In this document: positions 26,011 through 38,085 of the stretch, piece by piece | How the letters are laid out: every line of letters begins with the position of its first letter | Numbering within the stretch: the stretch's first letter is position 1 | NCBI GenBank assembly: GCA_951406725.2 | Contig: OX597820.1 | Coordinates: 75,392,001-75,456,000 of the forward strand | Direction: 5' to 3' | Origin: Octopus vulgaris | Lineage: Eukaryota | DNA: 64,000 nt | Notes under the pieces: generated by a model | The model's input: the letters and a program-made list of their open reading frames with translations, nothing else | What the model was told of the DNA's origin: nothing | The model's database searches: none | Translations under genes and position numbers: made by a program

Positions 26011-27335
26011 TGTATATATATATATATATACACACCTATATACATACATTAATATATGTGTAATTATATAAATGTGCGTGTGTGTGTGTTTTTTTTTTTT
26101 AGTATGTGTGTGTGTGTGCATGTGTGTAAATATATGTATATGTGCTTGCAGGTTACAAAATGCAATAAATATGTAGTGACTGCGACAGCAGTTTTTGTTC
26201 CGCAAAGACCATCAAAGAAGTGATGACCACGCATATTTCTGTGTTCGCGTTTAATTTACCCTCCACTCTTGAAATATTTTCCTTAATTTTTCCTCGTCGT
26301 CCCTGTCGACTTCATCACCATTGCCCTTCCTTCTTAGCATCAACATCACCAGAATTATCATCCTTATAATGTTCTTCACTGTCCTCTCCTTTCAAGTATT
26401 CCCTGTCTTCACCCTCCTCCTTGTCGAAGGCATCATCATTGTAAAATCAATGAGCCTTAGCGTCTTTGTTGCTCTCATCCAAAGGTTAGAATCCTTTGCT
26501 ACCAATTTCTAACACGAAATTGGGGAGTGCTAATGGAAAGCATTGCTAAGGTTTGTGTCAAACACAAGCATTGTAATTAAAATGTAATTGTGAATTCCGT
26601 GTGTGATAATAGTCAAGACAATCTCATTAGATCTATGTATCAGAAAATACACTCTTTTAAGTTTTTACTACGAAACCATTCTGGATTTGGCCTACGGCAC
26701 TTCATCATGCGATGAGCTAATAAGAAGATTAACGCGATGAAAGCCATTAGATTTGCAATGAGAAAAATCCTATTAATTTCAAGTCTTGTGAAACAAAGAT
26801 TTTCTATACTCCTTATAGCGTTTCGACTTCAGTCTCTAAATTCGGAAAACCAATAACTCAAGGATAAACTAAAAGACTTCTTTTAATTCCTAAGACAAAA
26901 AAAAACAAACAAAAAAAAACAAGCGTAAATCATCGGTTCCCACTTTCTCTTCTGTGTCATGGTGCCTCAGCATTGTTCGCTGCAAAATAGCCATAATACC
27001 GGTTTATGAACTAAGTAATGGGAGGAATAGAGAAGAGGAAGTGGAATAAAGATTCATCTTTTATTCTTTTGCTTGGTTCAATTATTCAAATGTGGCCATG
27101 CTGGAGCAGTACTTAAAGGGTTTAATCGAATAAATACACCCAAATAATTATTTTCCAGACTACTAACAAAATTAATATATATATATATATCTATTGTATT
27201 AAATATATATATATTTATTATTAATATTGTATTTGTAATTTTTTACTATATCTCTTTATCTTTTTACTTTACTTACTTTTACTATTATATATCTCATTTC
27301 ATTTTATATATTGCCTTTACTCCTATGTAATGGTG

Positions 27336-27392
<57 letters not shown>

Positions 27393-27574
27393 ATAGCCTT
27401 ACTACATTGCACCAATATTTACTGGAAATAGCAGCCGATGATATACGACGCTATAGTAAAGCTTCACTGCATATATATAGTGGCAAAAATGTTTATTTAT
27501 ACTTTAACCTAATGCTGCTTTATATTACTGGCAAGCAATACTTTGTTTTGCACTATTTAACAATTCTTTTTTGG

Positions 27575-27605
<31 letters not shown>

Positions 27606-27763
27606 TAGTGTGTGTGTGTATTAAGACACAGAGAAGGGCACCTAATCAATGGCTGGAATATTTTAGTAGCTCTTATTTTAATAAAGAATGTATTAAATGA
27701 TTTATCTCTCTCTGGTTGGAGTACTTTTTTTGCTTATCCTACATCAACAAACAGTTAACTGCA

Positions 27764-27875
<112 letters not shown>

Positions 27876-28399
27876 CACACAGAAAGAGAGAAAGAAAGAA
27901 AACAATAGATAGTTTGATAGATAAATAGATAGATAGATAAACACACATACATACATACAAACATACAGACATGCATACATACATACATACATACATACAT
28001 ACATACATACATACATACATACATACATAGAACAGGCTTTCCCAGTGTTTCTGCCAATCAAATTAACTTACAAAGCGTTGGTCGCCCCAAGGCTGTAGCA
28101 GCAGACACTTGCCCAATATGCCGCACACTAAGAGTGACACCAGAATCACGTGACTGCAAAACGATTAAAAAAACATAATGTTGAATATAAAATTTGTGAT
28201 ATACAGGTTCGAATTGGATGAATAACCGATGTCATTATCGAATTCGTACCTGGACAAATGAGTAGAGAAATGGGGTTCTGCATGCGCATACATATAAACT
28301 GTTCAACTGACATTCATTCTACATCAGCATTTCCAATTACTAGACTTTAATAACTAGAGTCTATTTCACTGCCATTACAAACTGACATTAGAAGTACCA

Positions 28400-28625
28400 C
28401 TGAAAAAGAAGGTAATTTAACAAGTAAATATTGGTTTTGTTGCTCTTGCGGCAGCTGTGGTTGACATGCTGCATCGTAGCACCGTATCAAAACAGCCGTA
28501 AATATCTCGTCTTTAATGACATGCTCTGTGTAGACCAGGCAAACTTCGAGTCTCTCTAACTCTTCGAATTTAGGTTCCCTATCCATGTAGTATAATTTGA
28601 TCAATAGAATTAAATGCAGCCTGTC
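28400..28625 (-). mobile_element. Possible RTE reverse-transcriptase fragment, heavily decayed
   Basis: AWSTQSMSLKTRYLRLF*YGAT resembles W.S..LSLKTKLRLF...LLYGAET. Confidence 0.3.
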
Positions 28626-28724
28626 AGGGTTTCAGATTTACCATTGGTGGATAATATATGCATATATAATTTAACGTAGTCCTGTAATCGGAATATTTCT
28701 GTTAATATCAGTTCACAGCTTTTA

Positions 28725-28880
28725 GCTCGCCGGGCAAAATGCTTAGCCGAATTTCGGTCTTGGTAAAAGTTCAGAGATCAAATTCCACCTAGTTCGACTT
28801 TGCCGCTCATCCTTTCAGGGCTGATAATCTAAGCACTAGTTGAGCACTGGGGTCGATGTAGTCGACTTATATCTCCCCCT
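28725..28880 (+). mobile_element. SINE family A whose tail is interrupted by the family B copy (tail resumes at 29316-29354)
   Basis: Core GACTTTGCCGCTCATCCTTTC..GTCGATGTAGTCGAC, then TTTCTGGCTTTGAGCCAAAATTTGAA after the family B copy. Confidence 0.75.
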
Positions 28881-29315
28881 TTACTCTTTTACTCTTTTAC
28901 TTGTTTCAGTCATTTGACTGCGGCCATACTGGAGCACCGCATTTAGTCGAGCAAATCGAACCCATGACTTATTCTTTGTAAGCCTAGTACTTATTCTATC
29001 GGTCTTTTTTGCTGAATCGATAATGTTCGGGGACGTAAACACACTAGCATCGGTTGTCAAGCGATTTGGGGGGGGGGGGGCAAACGCAGACACAGAAACA
29101 TGTACACACACATAAACACACACACACATATATATATATATATACATATATACGACGGGCTTCTTTAAATTTCCGTCTACCAAATCCACTCACAAGGCTT
29201 TGGTCGGCCCGAGGCCATACTAGAAGACACTTGCCCAAGGTGCCACGCAGTGGGACCAAGCCCACAACCATGTGGTTGGTAAGCAAGCTGTTTACCCCAC
29301 AGCCACTCCTGCACC
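28881..29315 (-). mobile_element. SINE family B, full length
   Basis: Tail (TTTACTC)n to head CCACTCCTGCACC. Confidence 0.92.
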
Positions 29316-30041
29316 AATGTTTCTGGCTTTGAGCCAAAATTTGAATTCAATATTGTCTTCTTACTATGGTGGATTGACAGAATCGCGAGAACGTTGGAAA
29401 ATGCCTTGTATAATTAATCATAGCTTTTTATTTTACGATCAAAGTTAAAATCCCACTTTCATCTTTTCAAGTTCGATAAGTATAAGTCTCATTCAACTAC
29501 TAAAAATCGACTAAAATCGACTAAAAACCCTGTTCAAATCCGTTCAATTTGTGCCTTTCTGAGAAACGTTTCTTAGTTATTTGTTTTTATACAGAATTCT
29601 GTAAACGGTGCAGGATTTTACTGTCTAATTTTGTACTCTATTACGTTATCTATTACATTCTATGTGGTCTTTGTTGGTTAGCCGGACATAGCATGATGGT
29701 TGTATGACTAATACAACAATTGAAATCTTGTATTTTACGTTTGTTATCGAATTTTTATATCACTTTGGTCGTTAAAAGCTGGTCAGTTGCTTTCCAGGGA
29801 TTTCCATCGTCAATATCCAGAAGATTTTAAGATGTACTGCGTCTGTGATGGAGTATTGGGAAAAATTATCGTTTGTTCCAGTGCAGTTTGTGATCTGATC
29901 ACATGTTCTATGATTAGAATGCATTTGATTTCTGTACCTTCTTTCCTTGAATATTTATTATAAAATTAATATTTTATTTAGTTGACTTTTCTATCAAGAG
30001 TTTTCTTCGTGAAGAAAAGGCTCCAATATATGGGAATTTTA

Positions 30042-30252
30042 GGCGGTGAGCTGGCAGAAACGCTACCACACCGGGCGAAATGCTTAGAGGTATTTCGTCT
30101 GCCGCAACGTTCTAAGTTCAAATTCCGCCGAGGTCGACTTTGCTTTTTATCCTTTCGGGTTCGATAAATTAAGTATCAGTTACGTACTGGTGTCGATCTA
30201 ATCGACTGGCTCCCCTCCCTCAAAATTTCCCTTGTGCCTAGAGCAGAAAAGA
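30042..30252 (+). mobile_element. SINE family A, short-tail monomer
   Basis: GGCGGTGAGCTGGCAGAAACG..CCTTGTGCCTAGAGCAGAAAAG. Confidence 0.9.
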
Positions 30253-30374
30253 TATATGCGCATTTTCTTTTCGCTCCTTTATTCTAAAATATAACGGAAT
30301 ACTTCTGGTGGTTGTATATTACATCTCCCCTTGCAAAACAAGGATTTAATTGCATTGCGGTCACATATATTAAT

Positions 30375-30601
30375 CTTTTACTTTTTCACATGTTTCAGTG
30401 ACTTAACAGGGGCCATGCTGGACCACCGCTTTGAAGGGTTTCTGGTCGAAGAAATCGAGCCTACAACTTATTCTTTGTAAGCCTAGTACTTCTTTCATCG
30501 GTCCCGTTTGCCGAATCGCGGGGACGTAACACACCGGTATCGGTTGTCAAGTAATAGTGGGGGAACAAACACCCCTACAAAAACGCACGCACATAAATAA
30601 A

Positions 30602-30670
<69 letters not shown>

Positions 30671-30820
30671 CGGGCGTCTTTCAGTTTCTGTCTACCAAAT
30701 CCACTGACAAGACTTGATCGGCCCGAGGCTATAGCAGAAGACACATGCTCAAAGTGCCACACAGTGAAACTGAACGCGGAACAATGTTGGGAAGTAAATA
30801 TCTCACCACACAGCCACAGC
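30375..30820 (-). mobile_element. SINE family B
   Basis: Same motifs as other B copies; internal (TA)n. Confidence 0.88.
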
Positions 30821-30856
30821 TATTTGAGAAATATTTTGCTGTAATAATTGGTTTGC

Positions 30857-30946
<90 letters not shown>

Positions 30947-30947
<1 letters not shown>

Positions 30948-31292
30948 TAGCAGTATCGCCCAGCGTTGCTCGGGTTTGTTTCGACCCGCTGGAATTGTAA
31001 TTTTGAAAAGTAAAAATTTTGTGAACATTTTTCTGGTCGAAATACACCGAAAAGTGGCGACACAGCAGTGAAAAAATCGTAAAAAATAGGGATTTTCATA
31101 GAAAAAAGCATCTTTTTGATGTAAATAATTTTTTGTGTTAACATGGTCCGATTTGAATTTTACGGAAGGAAGAGCAACCCTTCTTCTATCATACTCTCAA
31201 TTTTGGTCAACTTGCGCCGCAGGGTCTCGGAGGAGATAGTGTTAGTTGAACCAAACGTGGCGCACACAGACAACTTTAGCTTTATATAGAGA
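30947..31292 (-). mobile_element. Non-autonomous Helitron
   Basis: Minus strand begins A|TCTCTATATAAAGCT and ends CCCGAGCAACGCTGGG (hairpin)-CGATACTGCTAG|T: 5' TC, subterminal hairpin, 3' CTAG and an AT target. Confidence 0.8.
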
Positions 31293-31499
31293 TAAAACTT
31301 AAATAATAATTTTTTTACACAAACGCGAACGGGGAAAAGGGGGTGGCGAATTCGATTTTTTTATTTTCGTTGAATGAATATAAAAAATGTATAATATATG
31401 TTGTACATACCTAAATTTTTTCTTTTTCATGACATTGTAGCAAAATAGTAGTGAATTACATTTTTTTTTCTGGGGTATTTTTTTTCAACCTCGTCACAT

Positions 31500-32745
31500 A
31501 TTTGCCCCTTTCAATTTAAACAAAGTCTTAATTAAGCAATTACGGCAGCTTAGCAATGGTTTCAATACAGGCGTGACATCTGTATCTCAATTGTTCAAAA
31601 CCCTTCGAATTTTTTCGCACGTGATGATATCATAGTGAAAACTTTCAATTACGCGCGCTTAGAAGTACGCTCGCAAATTAATACTACCAAAATTTTGAAG
31701 TTCGCGCTCCGCTTGTGTGTGTGTGTGTGTGCGTGCTTTAGGTGTACGTAGGTATGTGTTTTTGTGTGTGTGTGTCACTGAAGCCATACATACATAACCT
31801 CTCTCTCTCTCTTTTCTCTCTCAGTCACTCACTACAAAAAGTGAATAAAAAAAGTTCAGTTATTTCTGTCTTTCACTCTGTCTGTCTCTTTACACACACT
31901 AACAAAAGCACTTCACTTACACACCACACTTTCTGTGTCGCACAACCCATCAAACACACACACACACACACACACACACTCACGCACGCACACATGTACA
32001 TCAATGCTTTCGGAGTGAAATGTTAAAATATTGAGTTTTCTCGAATTTTGTCTTAATTGGGGGTGAAATTGAAAGAAATTTGTTATGGCATGACCGAATG
32101 GAGTACTTTGAAAAATCTTAGGTAAACTCTAATTGAAGAAAGTGTGTGAGGAGTAAATCGTTATGTATTTATTTGTTTCTGTTTGCTGTGTTTTTTTTTT
32201 ATTTTTTGAGTAGTGATTTAAGGTACACTTGCAAAGAGAAAGTGGGAGAAATTATGTTGATAGCATGCGTGATCCGTTTTATAGAAATACTTTCAGTTTA
32301 GTCTTCCTCAAATCACTCTGTCGCTATTTACTCTCTTCCAAGAACATTTTCACTCACTCTTATCTCTTAGCTTGCCATACATTTTACTCATGTATCTATC
32401 AGCGTGATAGACAGAAACAAATATTACATCGCCATCGAATTCTATTGTCTACCTGTCAACACACACACAGTGAATTAGTTTCATTTTATTCGTTGCACAC
32501 TGTGTGTGTGCGTTTGCGTGTGCTGTAAACCAGACTAAGAAAAGCATTTGACATACACACCAGAATGTGAGTTTTCTGTAAATTTTGCTTAATTGGAGTT
32601 TAAATTTTAAAAACTGGACCTGGCATGACCCGATGCATTCTACTCTTAAAAATGCTAGGTAAATTGTAATTGAAGAAATCCTATATTGTAGATTTCTATA
32701 AGTGACAAAGGGAGGCAGATAAAATCTGCCTTTTATAATAAGAGA
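31500..32745 (-). mobile_element. Helitron-like non-autonomous element (5' end clear, 3' end not found) with internal ~110-bp direct repeats
   Basis: Minus strand 5' A|TCTCTTATTATAAAAGGCAGATTTTATCTGCCT; repeats GAGTTTTCT..CTTAATTGG..GGCATGACC..TAGGTAAA..TAATTGAAGAAA at 32033-32141 and 32569-32678. Confidence 0.55.
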
Positions 32746-32811
32746 TATTTATATATATTTATATATATATATATTTATTTATTTATATATATATTTATCG
32801 ATATACATTTA

Positions 32812-32849
<38 letters not shown>

Positions 32850-33311
32850 CATACATATATATACATATACATACATATTTATATTGGATGTAGTGAATTC
32901 TTCTTCTAAGTACCTGTAGAGGTTCATTTTTGTGCGCATATCTCTATAAATGTTTGCGAATATCAAATTTTGTGTTCAATGTGCTTTTTATGAATCCTAA
33001 TAAATTTAATGTTGATGAGGAAATTTATGTATATTTGGCAATATCCTTGATTACAAACGAATCGATCACATCGGTACAGAATCCCATGTTCTGTTTTAAG
33101 GTTCACATGCATGTGCGTGCACACACACAAACATATATACACCAACACGCATACAGACACCTACACAAATACACACATATGTAAATGTATAAAGAAGCCA
33201 ATAGAAAAATATACACGTGCACAAATGCATATATACAGGTGTGTATTTGTGAGAGTGTTAGTGTGTATGTATATATGTATATGCATGTATGGCCGTGCAT
33301 GGGTGTGTATA

Positions 33312-33354
<43 letters not shown>

Positions 33355-33481
33355 ATGTGTGTGTGTGTGTGAAACTCTACCTTCCTCTAAATGAATTATG
33401 CCAGTACAAGTCCTGAGATAAGCTTTTCCAAGAAGTTAAAATAAGAATTTATATTCACAGTTAGTATTTAATGTTAGAAGA

Positions 33482-33690
33482 AGGTGAGCTGTCCGAATCG
33501 TTAACACGCTGGACAAAATGCTAAGCAGCATTTAGCCCGTCTATAACTTCAGAACCCAAATTCTGCTGAGGACATTTGCCTAACATCCATTCGGGTACAA
33601 TGAAAAAAAGCACTACTTGTATACCGGGGTCGATGTAATCGACTCAAGTCCATCCCTACGAAATTGCTGGCGAAAATTATTTAAACCCAA
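33482..33690 (+). mobile_element. SINE family A, diverged
   Basis: GGTGAGCTGTCCGAATCGTTAAC head and GGGGTCGATGTAATCGAC. Confidence 0.75.
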
Positions 33691-35444
33691 TATTTAAAGT
33701 AAAACTCAATAGATAATAATTTGAATCAAGAATACCACATGTAATCGGGATATTATTGATTCCATGATTCTCTTTAGATTGATATTCTGTTTCTTTAATT
33801 CTATGACATTCACAAATGCTTTGGGCCAAGAATGGATGTTACAAGTTCACATCGCCACTTTCATACAATATGTAAGTTTTGTGATCCCTATCGTACCAGA
33901 AAAAGAAACAATATTTTAGACAGCAAATTCGGATTCATGTTTAAACACACTATTTAGAACGTACGCTGTTTTAACAATTAAATTATAGGTTTCGCATTTA
34001 GCCAGACAAACAGGAATTTCTCGACTCTGTGACATTTATGATGTCCCAAGAGCAATAATGACAGGAATAAACTTAAATAACTGCAACTGAGGATCGAAAC
34101 TCTAACAAATTCTATGCAACGGGTGCTTAATTTCTCCCCTCCATTACTCATCCGTGCACTCGTAATATATTGCGATATAATCCCAAGTTCTTGTTAAAAA
34201 AAATACAAAACAGAAAAACTAAAATACATTCGTCATTTTAGCAGCCTTGACCAAGCACAAGTGCATTCTTTATTACACTTACTCTCCTCTACGTTATTTA
34301 ACTGTAAACTTTTTCTCTCTTCCTCTGCTTTGTCCTCCATTTTGTATGCGATTGTCCAGCAGTAGTAACTTGAAGTCATTGTTCTGTAGAGCCATTCTCG
34401 TTTATTGTCCTTTTACACCGTCAATTTAACGATCTCTTAACAGTTACAGTGCACTTAGGCTTTTGTTTAATGGACCAGTCTGCGAGATATCATGTCTGCT
34501 GATGTGTAAATGTGCATCTCGGGAGAAAAAAAATAGAAAAAAAAGATAATGACTATATTTTCCCCTTAAGGTCACTCTCTGGGGGTCGTTAGACAAAGCC
34601 AAATGTCTGGGAAATGCTGTGGAAAACAAAACAATATATAAAGAAACATTAGAAAAACGCTTAATATTTCTATGTCCGAATATTCCTGCGATTCATTACT
34701 GTTAGTGTTTTTGTTTTTATTAATACTAATTTACTTTTCTTTCTGTCTTTTTTTTTGTGTGTGAGTGTTGGCCATCCCAGCTAGTCCTGAATATCTTTTC
34801 AAATAACAACTCTAACAAATCACAATATTGAGATTGTGAAATAAAAATAGGTTAAATTGCGCTAATCTAAACGGTTTTTTCCCTTTTTCTTTCTTTTTTG
34901 TTTTGGACTTTCTCTCAAAAGTTATTCTTGCCTTCTAAAGTTAATCATTTAATATATTACGCAAATCGAAAAAACGTCAAGATGAATTAGGGATAAAGAA
35001 ATAGACTTTCCTGATTGAATAAAAAATATATTTATTGTCACATTTGTCCATGAAATCTACTCCCTGATTTGCTTAGAAATACACCCTCTATTTTTAAATA
35101 GCCTATTGTAAGCTTATTAGATTTTTGTCTGCTATCTTTTCATTTATTTTATTTAGGTTTTCCTGTGGAAATTATTGAAATGGAAATACCAATTTTATTC
35201 TTCGATAAAAAGCCCATTGTAACCGTGCAATAGCGGGAAGTGTAACCAACGAATCTGATACAATAAAAAACTATGTGTTCTAATTAGGCGTTAGGAATGT
35301 GTACATAAAGATTATGTTCGCATAAGAGATCAAATCTCTAACCAGGACAGATTTTACAATAAATTATGCGTATTACTGTATCAGTTCTGACATTGCATCC
35401 ACATTGCCACCAGAAGACTGTCTCGTCGAAAGGTTAACAACAAG

Positions 35445-35825
35445 AAAAATTTGAAATGAAGTATTTTGCTCAAGAGCACAACACGCCACCAGATCCAGGG
35501 ATCGAAACTATGATATGGCGATCATTAGTGAAACACCATAACCACTAGGCCACGCGACTACACACACAAACATCTATGTGTATATACAGATGCAATGCAG
35601 GTGCACGCATAGCTGTGCGGTTGAGTAGCTTACTTTACAACTACGGGGTTTCCGGTATATATATGTATGTGTTTGTGTGTGTGTGTGTGTGGTTGGGTGT
35701 CTGTGTTTGTCCCCACTCCAGCATCGTTTGACAACCGATGTTGGTGTGTTTACGTCCCGATAACCTACCGGTTCGTCAAAAGAGACCAATAGAATAAGTA
35801 CTACGCTTCCAAAGAATAAGTCCAT
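35445..35825. mobile_element. SINE C 5' part (-, 35445-35556) and deleted SINE B (+, 35590-35825)
   Basis: TTGCTCAAGAGCACAAC..CCACTAGGCCACGC; TTGACAACCGATGTTGGTGTGTTTACGTCCC..AGAATAAGTAC. Confidence 0.75.
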
Positions 35826-35940
35826 GCACACACATATACACTTACACACCCATATATCTATTTTCTTTTATTTCCTCCACCTCACTCTCTATTTTATATC
35901 TTATCTAAATGAACTATTTCTTAGCCAACCTCTCACACCA

Positions 35941-35986
35941 TCTCCGATGAAGGTATATCATAAATATCCTGGAAATAACTGTAAGA
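35941..35986 (+). ncRNA. Decayed type I hammerhead-like motif upstream of (TA)n
   Basis: TCT-CCGATGA-AGG-tatatcataaatat-CCT-g-GAAAT-AACT-GTA-AGA; (TA)n begins ~70 nt downstream. Confidence 0.5.
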
Positions 35987-36051
35987 CCTTCTATCTATAA
36001 ATGTTCTAAAATCTACACAGCCTTGGTTTTTTATTCTCATTGCGAAATAAA

Positions 36052-36121
<70 letters not shown>

Positions 36122-36447
36122 GTATGTACGTACGTATGTATTTCGCTTAAACTTTGCGAGAACAATAACTCTATGTAGAACCCAATATACATATGTTTCA
36201 AAACGAATTGTTGGTTAGTTATATAGCGGTAATAAGAGAGGGAGATGACAAAATAATAAATGAGTGTCTTATCTACTTCATTAGCCTTCAGACGTTTCTG
36301 TTATAAGATGCAGCACAACTATGACTCCACTGCATCTGATAGCAGAAAGGGCTGCTAGCTTATGTACATAAGCTACAAACTCACACAAAATTTCAATCTA
36401 TAAAATTCAGTCCCGAAGCATTGGTCGACTCGAGGCTATAGTAGGAG

Positions 36448-36837
36448 TGTGGAGGCGCAATGGCCCAGTGGTTAGGGCAGCGGACTCGCGGTCATAGGAT
36501 CGCGGTTTCGATTCCCAGACCGGGCGTTGTGAGTGTTTATTGAGTGAAAACACCTAAAGCTCCACGAGGTTCTGGCAGGTGATGGTGGTGATCCCTGCTG
36601 TACTCTTTCACCACAACCTTCTCTCACACTTACTTCCTGTTTCTGTTGTACCTGTATTTCAAAGGGCCGGCCTTGTCACTCTCTGTGTCACGCTGAATAT
36701 CCCCGAGAACTACGTTAAGCGTACACGTGTCTGTGGAGTGCTCAGCCACTTACACGTTAATTTCACGAGCAGGCTGTTCCGTTGATTCGGATCAACCGGA
36801 ACCCTCGTCGTCGTAACCGACGGAGTGCTTCCATTCC
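36448..36837 (+). mobile_element. Young SINE family C, nested in an older minus-strand SINE B (36400-36447 and 36838-36920)
   Basis: A box TGGCCCAGTGG, B box GTTTCGATTCC; TSD ATAGTAGGAG (36438-36447) and ATAATAGGAG (36838-36847); RTE-like tail CTCGTCGTCGTAACCGACGGAG. Confidence 0.92.
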
Positions 36838-37749
36838 ATAATAGGAGACAATTGCCCGAAGTGCCGTGCAGTGGGCCTGACCAGGAAATCACGTGGCTGT
36901 AAAGTCAGATACTTAGCTACTGAACGCCAGAAATGAATTTCCTCAGACTTCGAAGGAAGACGTTCATTAAATTAGCTTCGAACCATATTAGATGATATAT
37001 TAGAATTGCCATTAAAATTTACGCCAAAACACTTAAAGGTGCGGAATTAGCAAACGTTGCAAAACGCTTGCTATAATCATTTCTAATTTCCAGTCTTTCA
37101 AATCTGTATCTTTATCGTATCAAATCCCATATGGCACCGGGATTAAATTTGTCATTCTTTTAAGAACAAATGAAAATATATATCACTTAATTCTGTTTAA
37201 TATACGACTATTTACTCAAAAATGACGTGGAGTTTGAATAACACAGCGCATGTTATTACAGTAGCAACATATGTAGATCTAAAGAGAAACACGTCTGTAA
37301 TCTATTTACGAATTCTAAATGATGTTATCTCTGTTATCTCACCGAGCTAATGATTTCTGTGATGATACGCATAATTTACTTTCTCGATATAAATAGTCCA
37401 CTGGAAAAACACTTTAAAACCGCCATTAAGTTTTCCTGTTTGTGTTTAGCTCCAGCTTAACTGAACTCGCAAAACTACGATCAGAAAGGTTTCCAGTCAC
37501 TACAATATTTTGATTCCTTGTATCATGGGAGGGTCATTAGATTAAGAAGAAACACGTGCACGTCTTTATTTGTTATTTGTGAATTGGTTTATTTATCAAT
37601 TTGTCTATAGTTTAACCAATTAACTAATTTACTGTTTAGTTAATTGTTCAGTTAACTAATCACGCAGTTAAGATTTTCACGTGAGTTAACATAAAAATCC
37701 TCTCAAACTAGTTACAAAATAATACTGGAGACCATTTCAAGCAACTAAT

Positions 37750-38085
37750 ATTCTTTTCTACTCTGTGCACAAGGCCCGAAATTTTGGGGGAATGGGTCAA
37801 TCGGTTAGATAGATCCCAGTACACAACTGGTACTTAATTTATCGACCTCGGAAGGCAAAGTCAACATCGGCGGCATTTGAATCAAGCAACTAATATTACA
37901 TTACATGAAGGCGGCGAACTGGCAGTATTGCTACATGTCGGGCAAAATTTGTAGCGGCTTTTCGTCGGAGTTAAAATTCCACCGAAATCGACCTAGCCTT
38001 TTATTCTCGAAGATCGATAAAATTAATACCAGTTAAGTATGACGGTAAAATAATTGAGTAGTCCCCTGTCCCCAAATTTCAGGTC
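37750..38085. mobile_element. Two divergent SINE A copies (- 37750-37882; + 37909-38085)
   Basis: Family A motifs. TCAAGCAACTAATATT flanks the first copy on both sides (TSD-like). Confidence 0.8.

Noticed and set aside
36451-36525. tRNA-like sequence with A and B boxes
   Set aside because: No proper acceptor stem or terminator; it continues into a SINE body bounded by a TSD.
37617-37646. 11-bp AT-rich hairpin CAATTAACTAA/TTAGTTAATTG
   Set aside because: Short, low-complexity TTAA-rich context; expected by chance.
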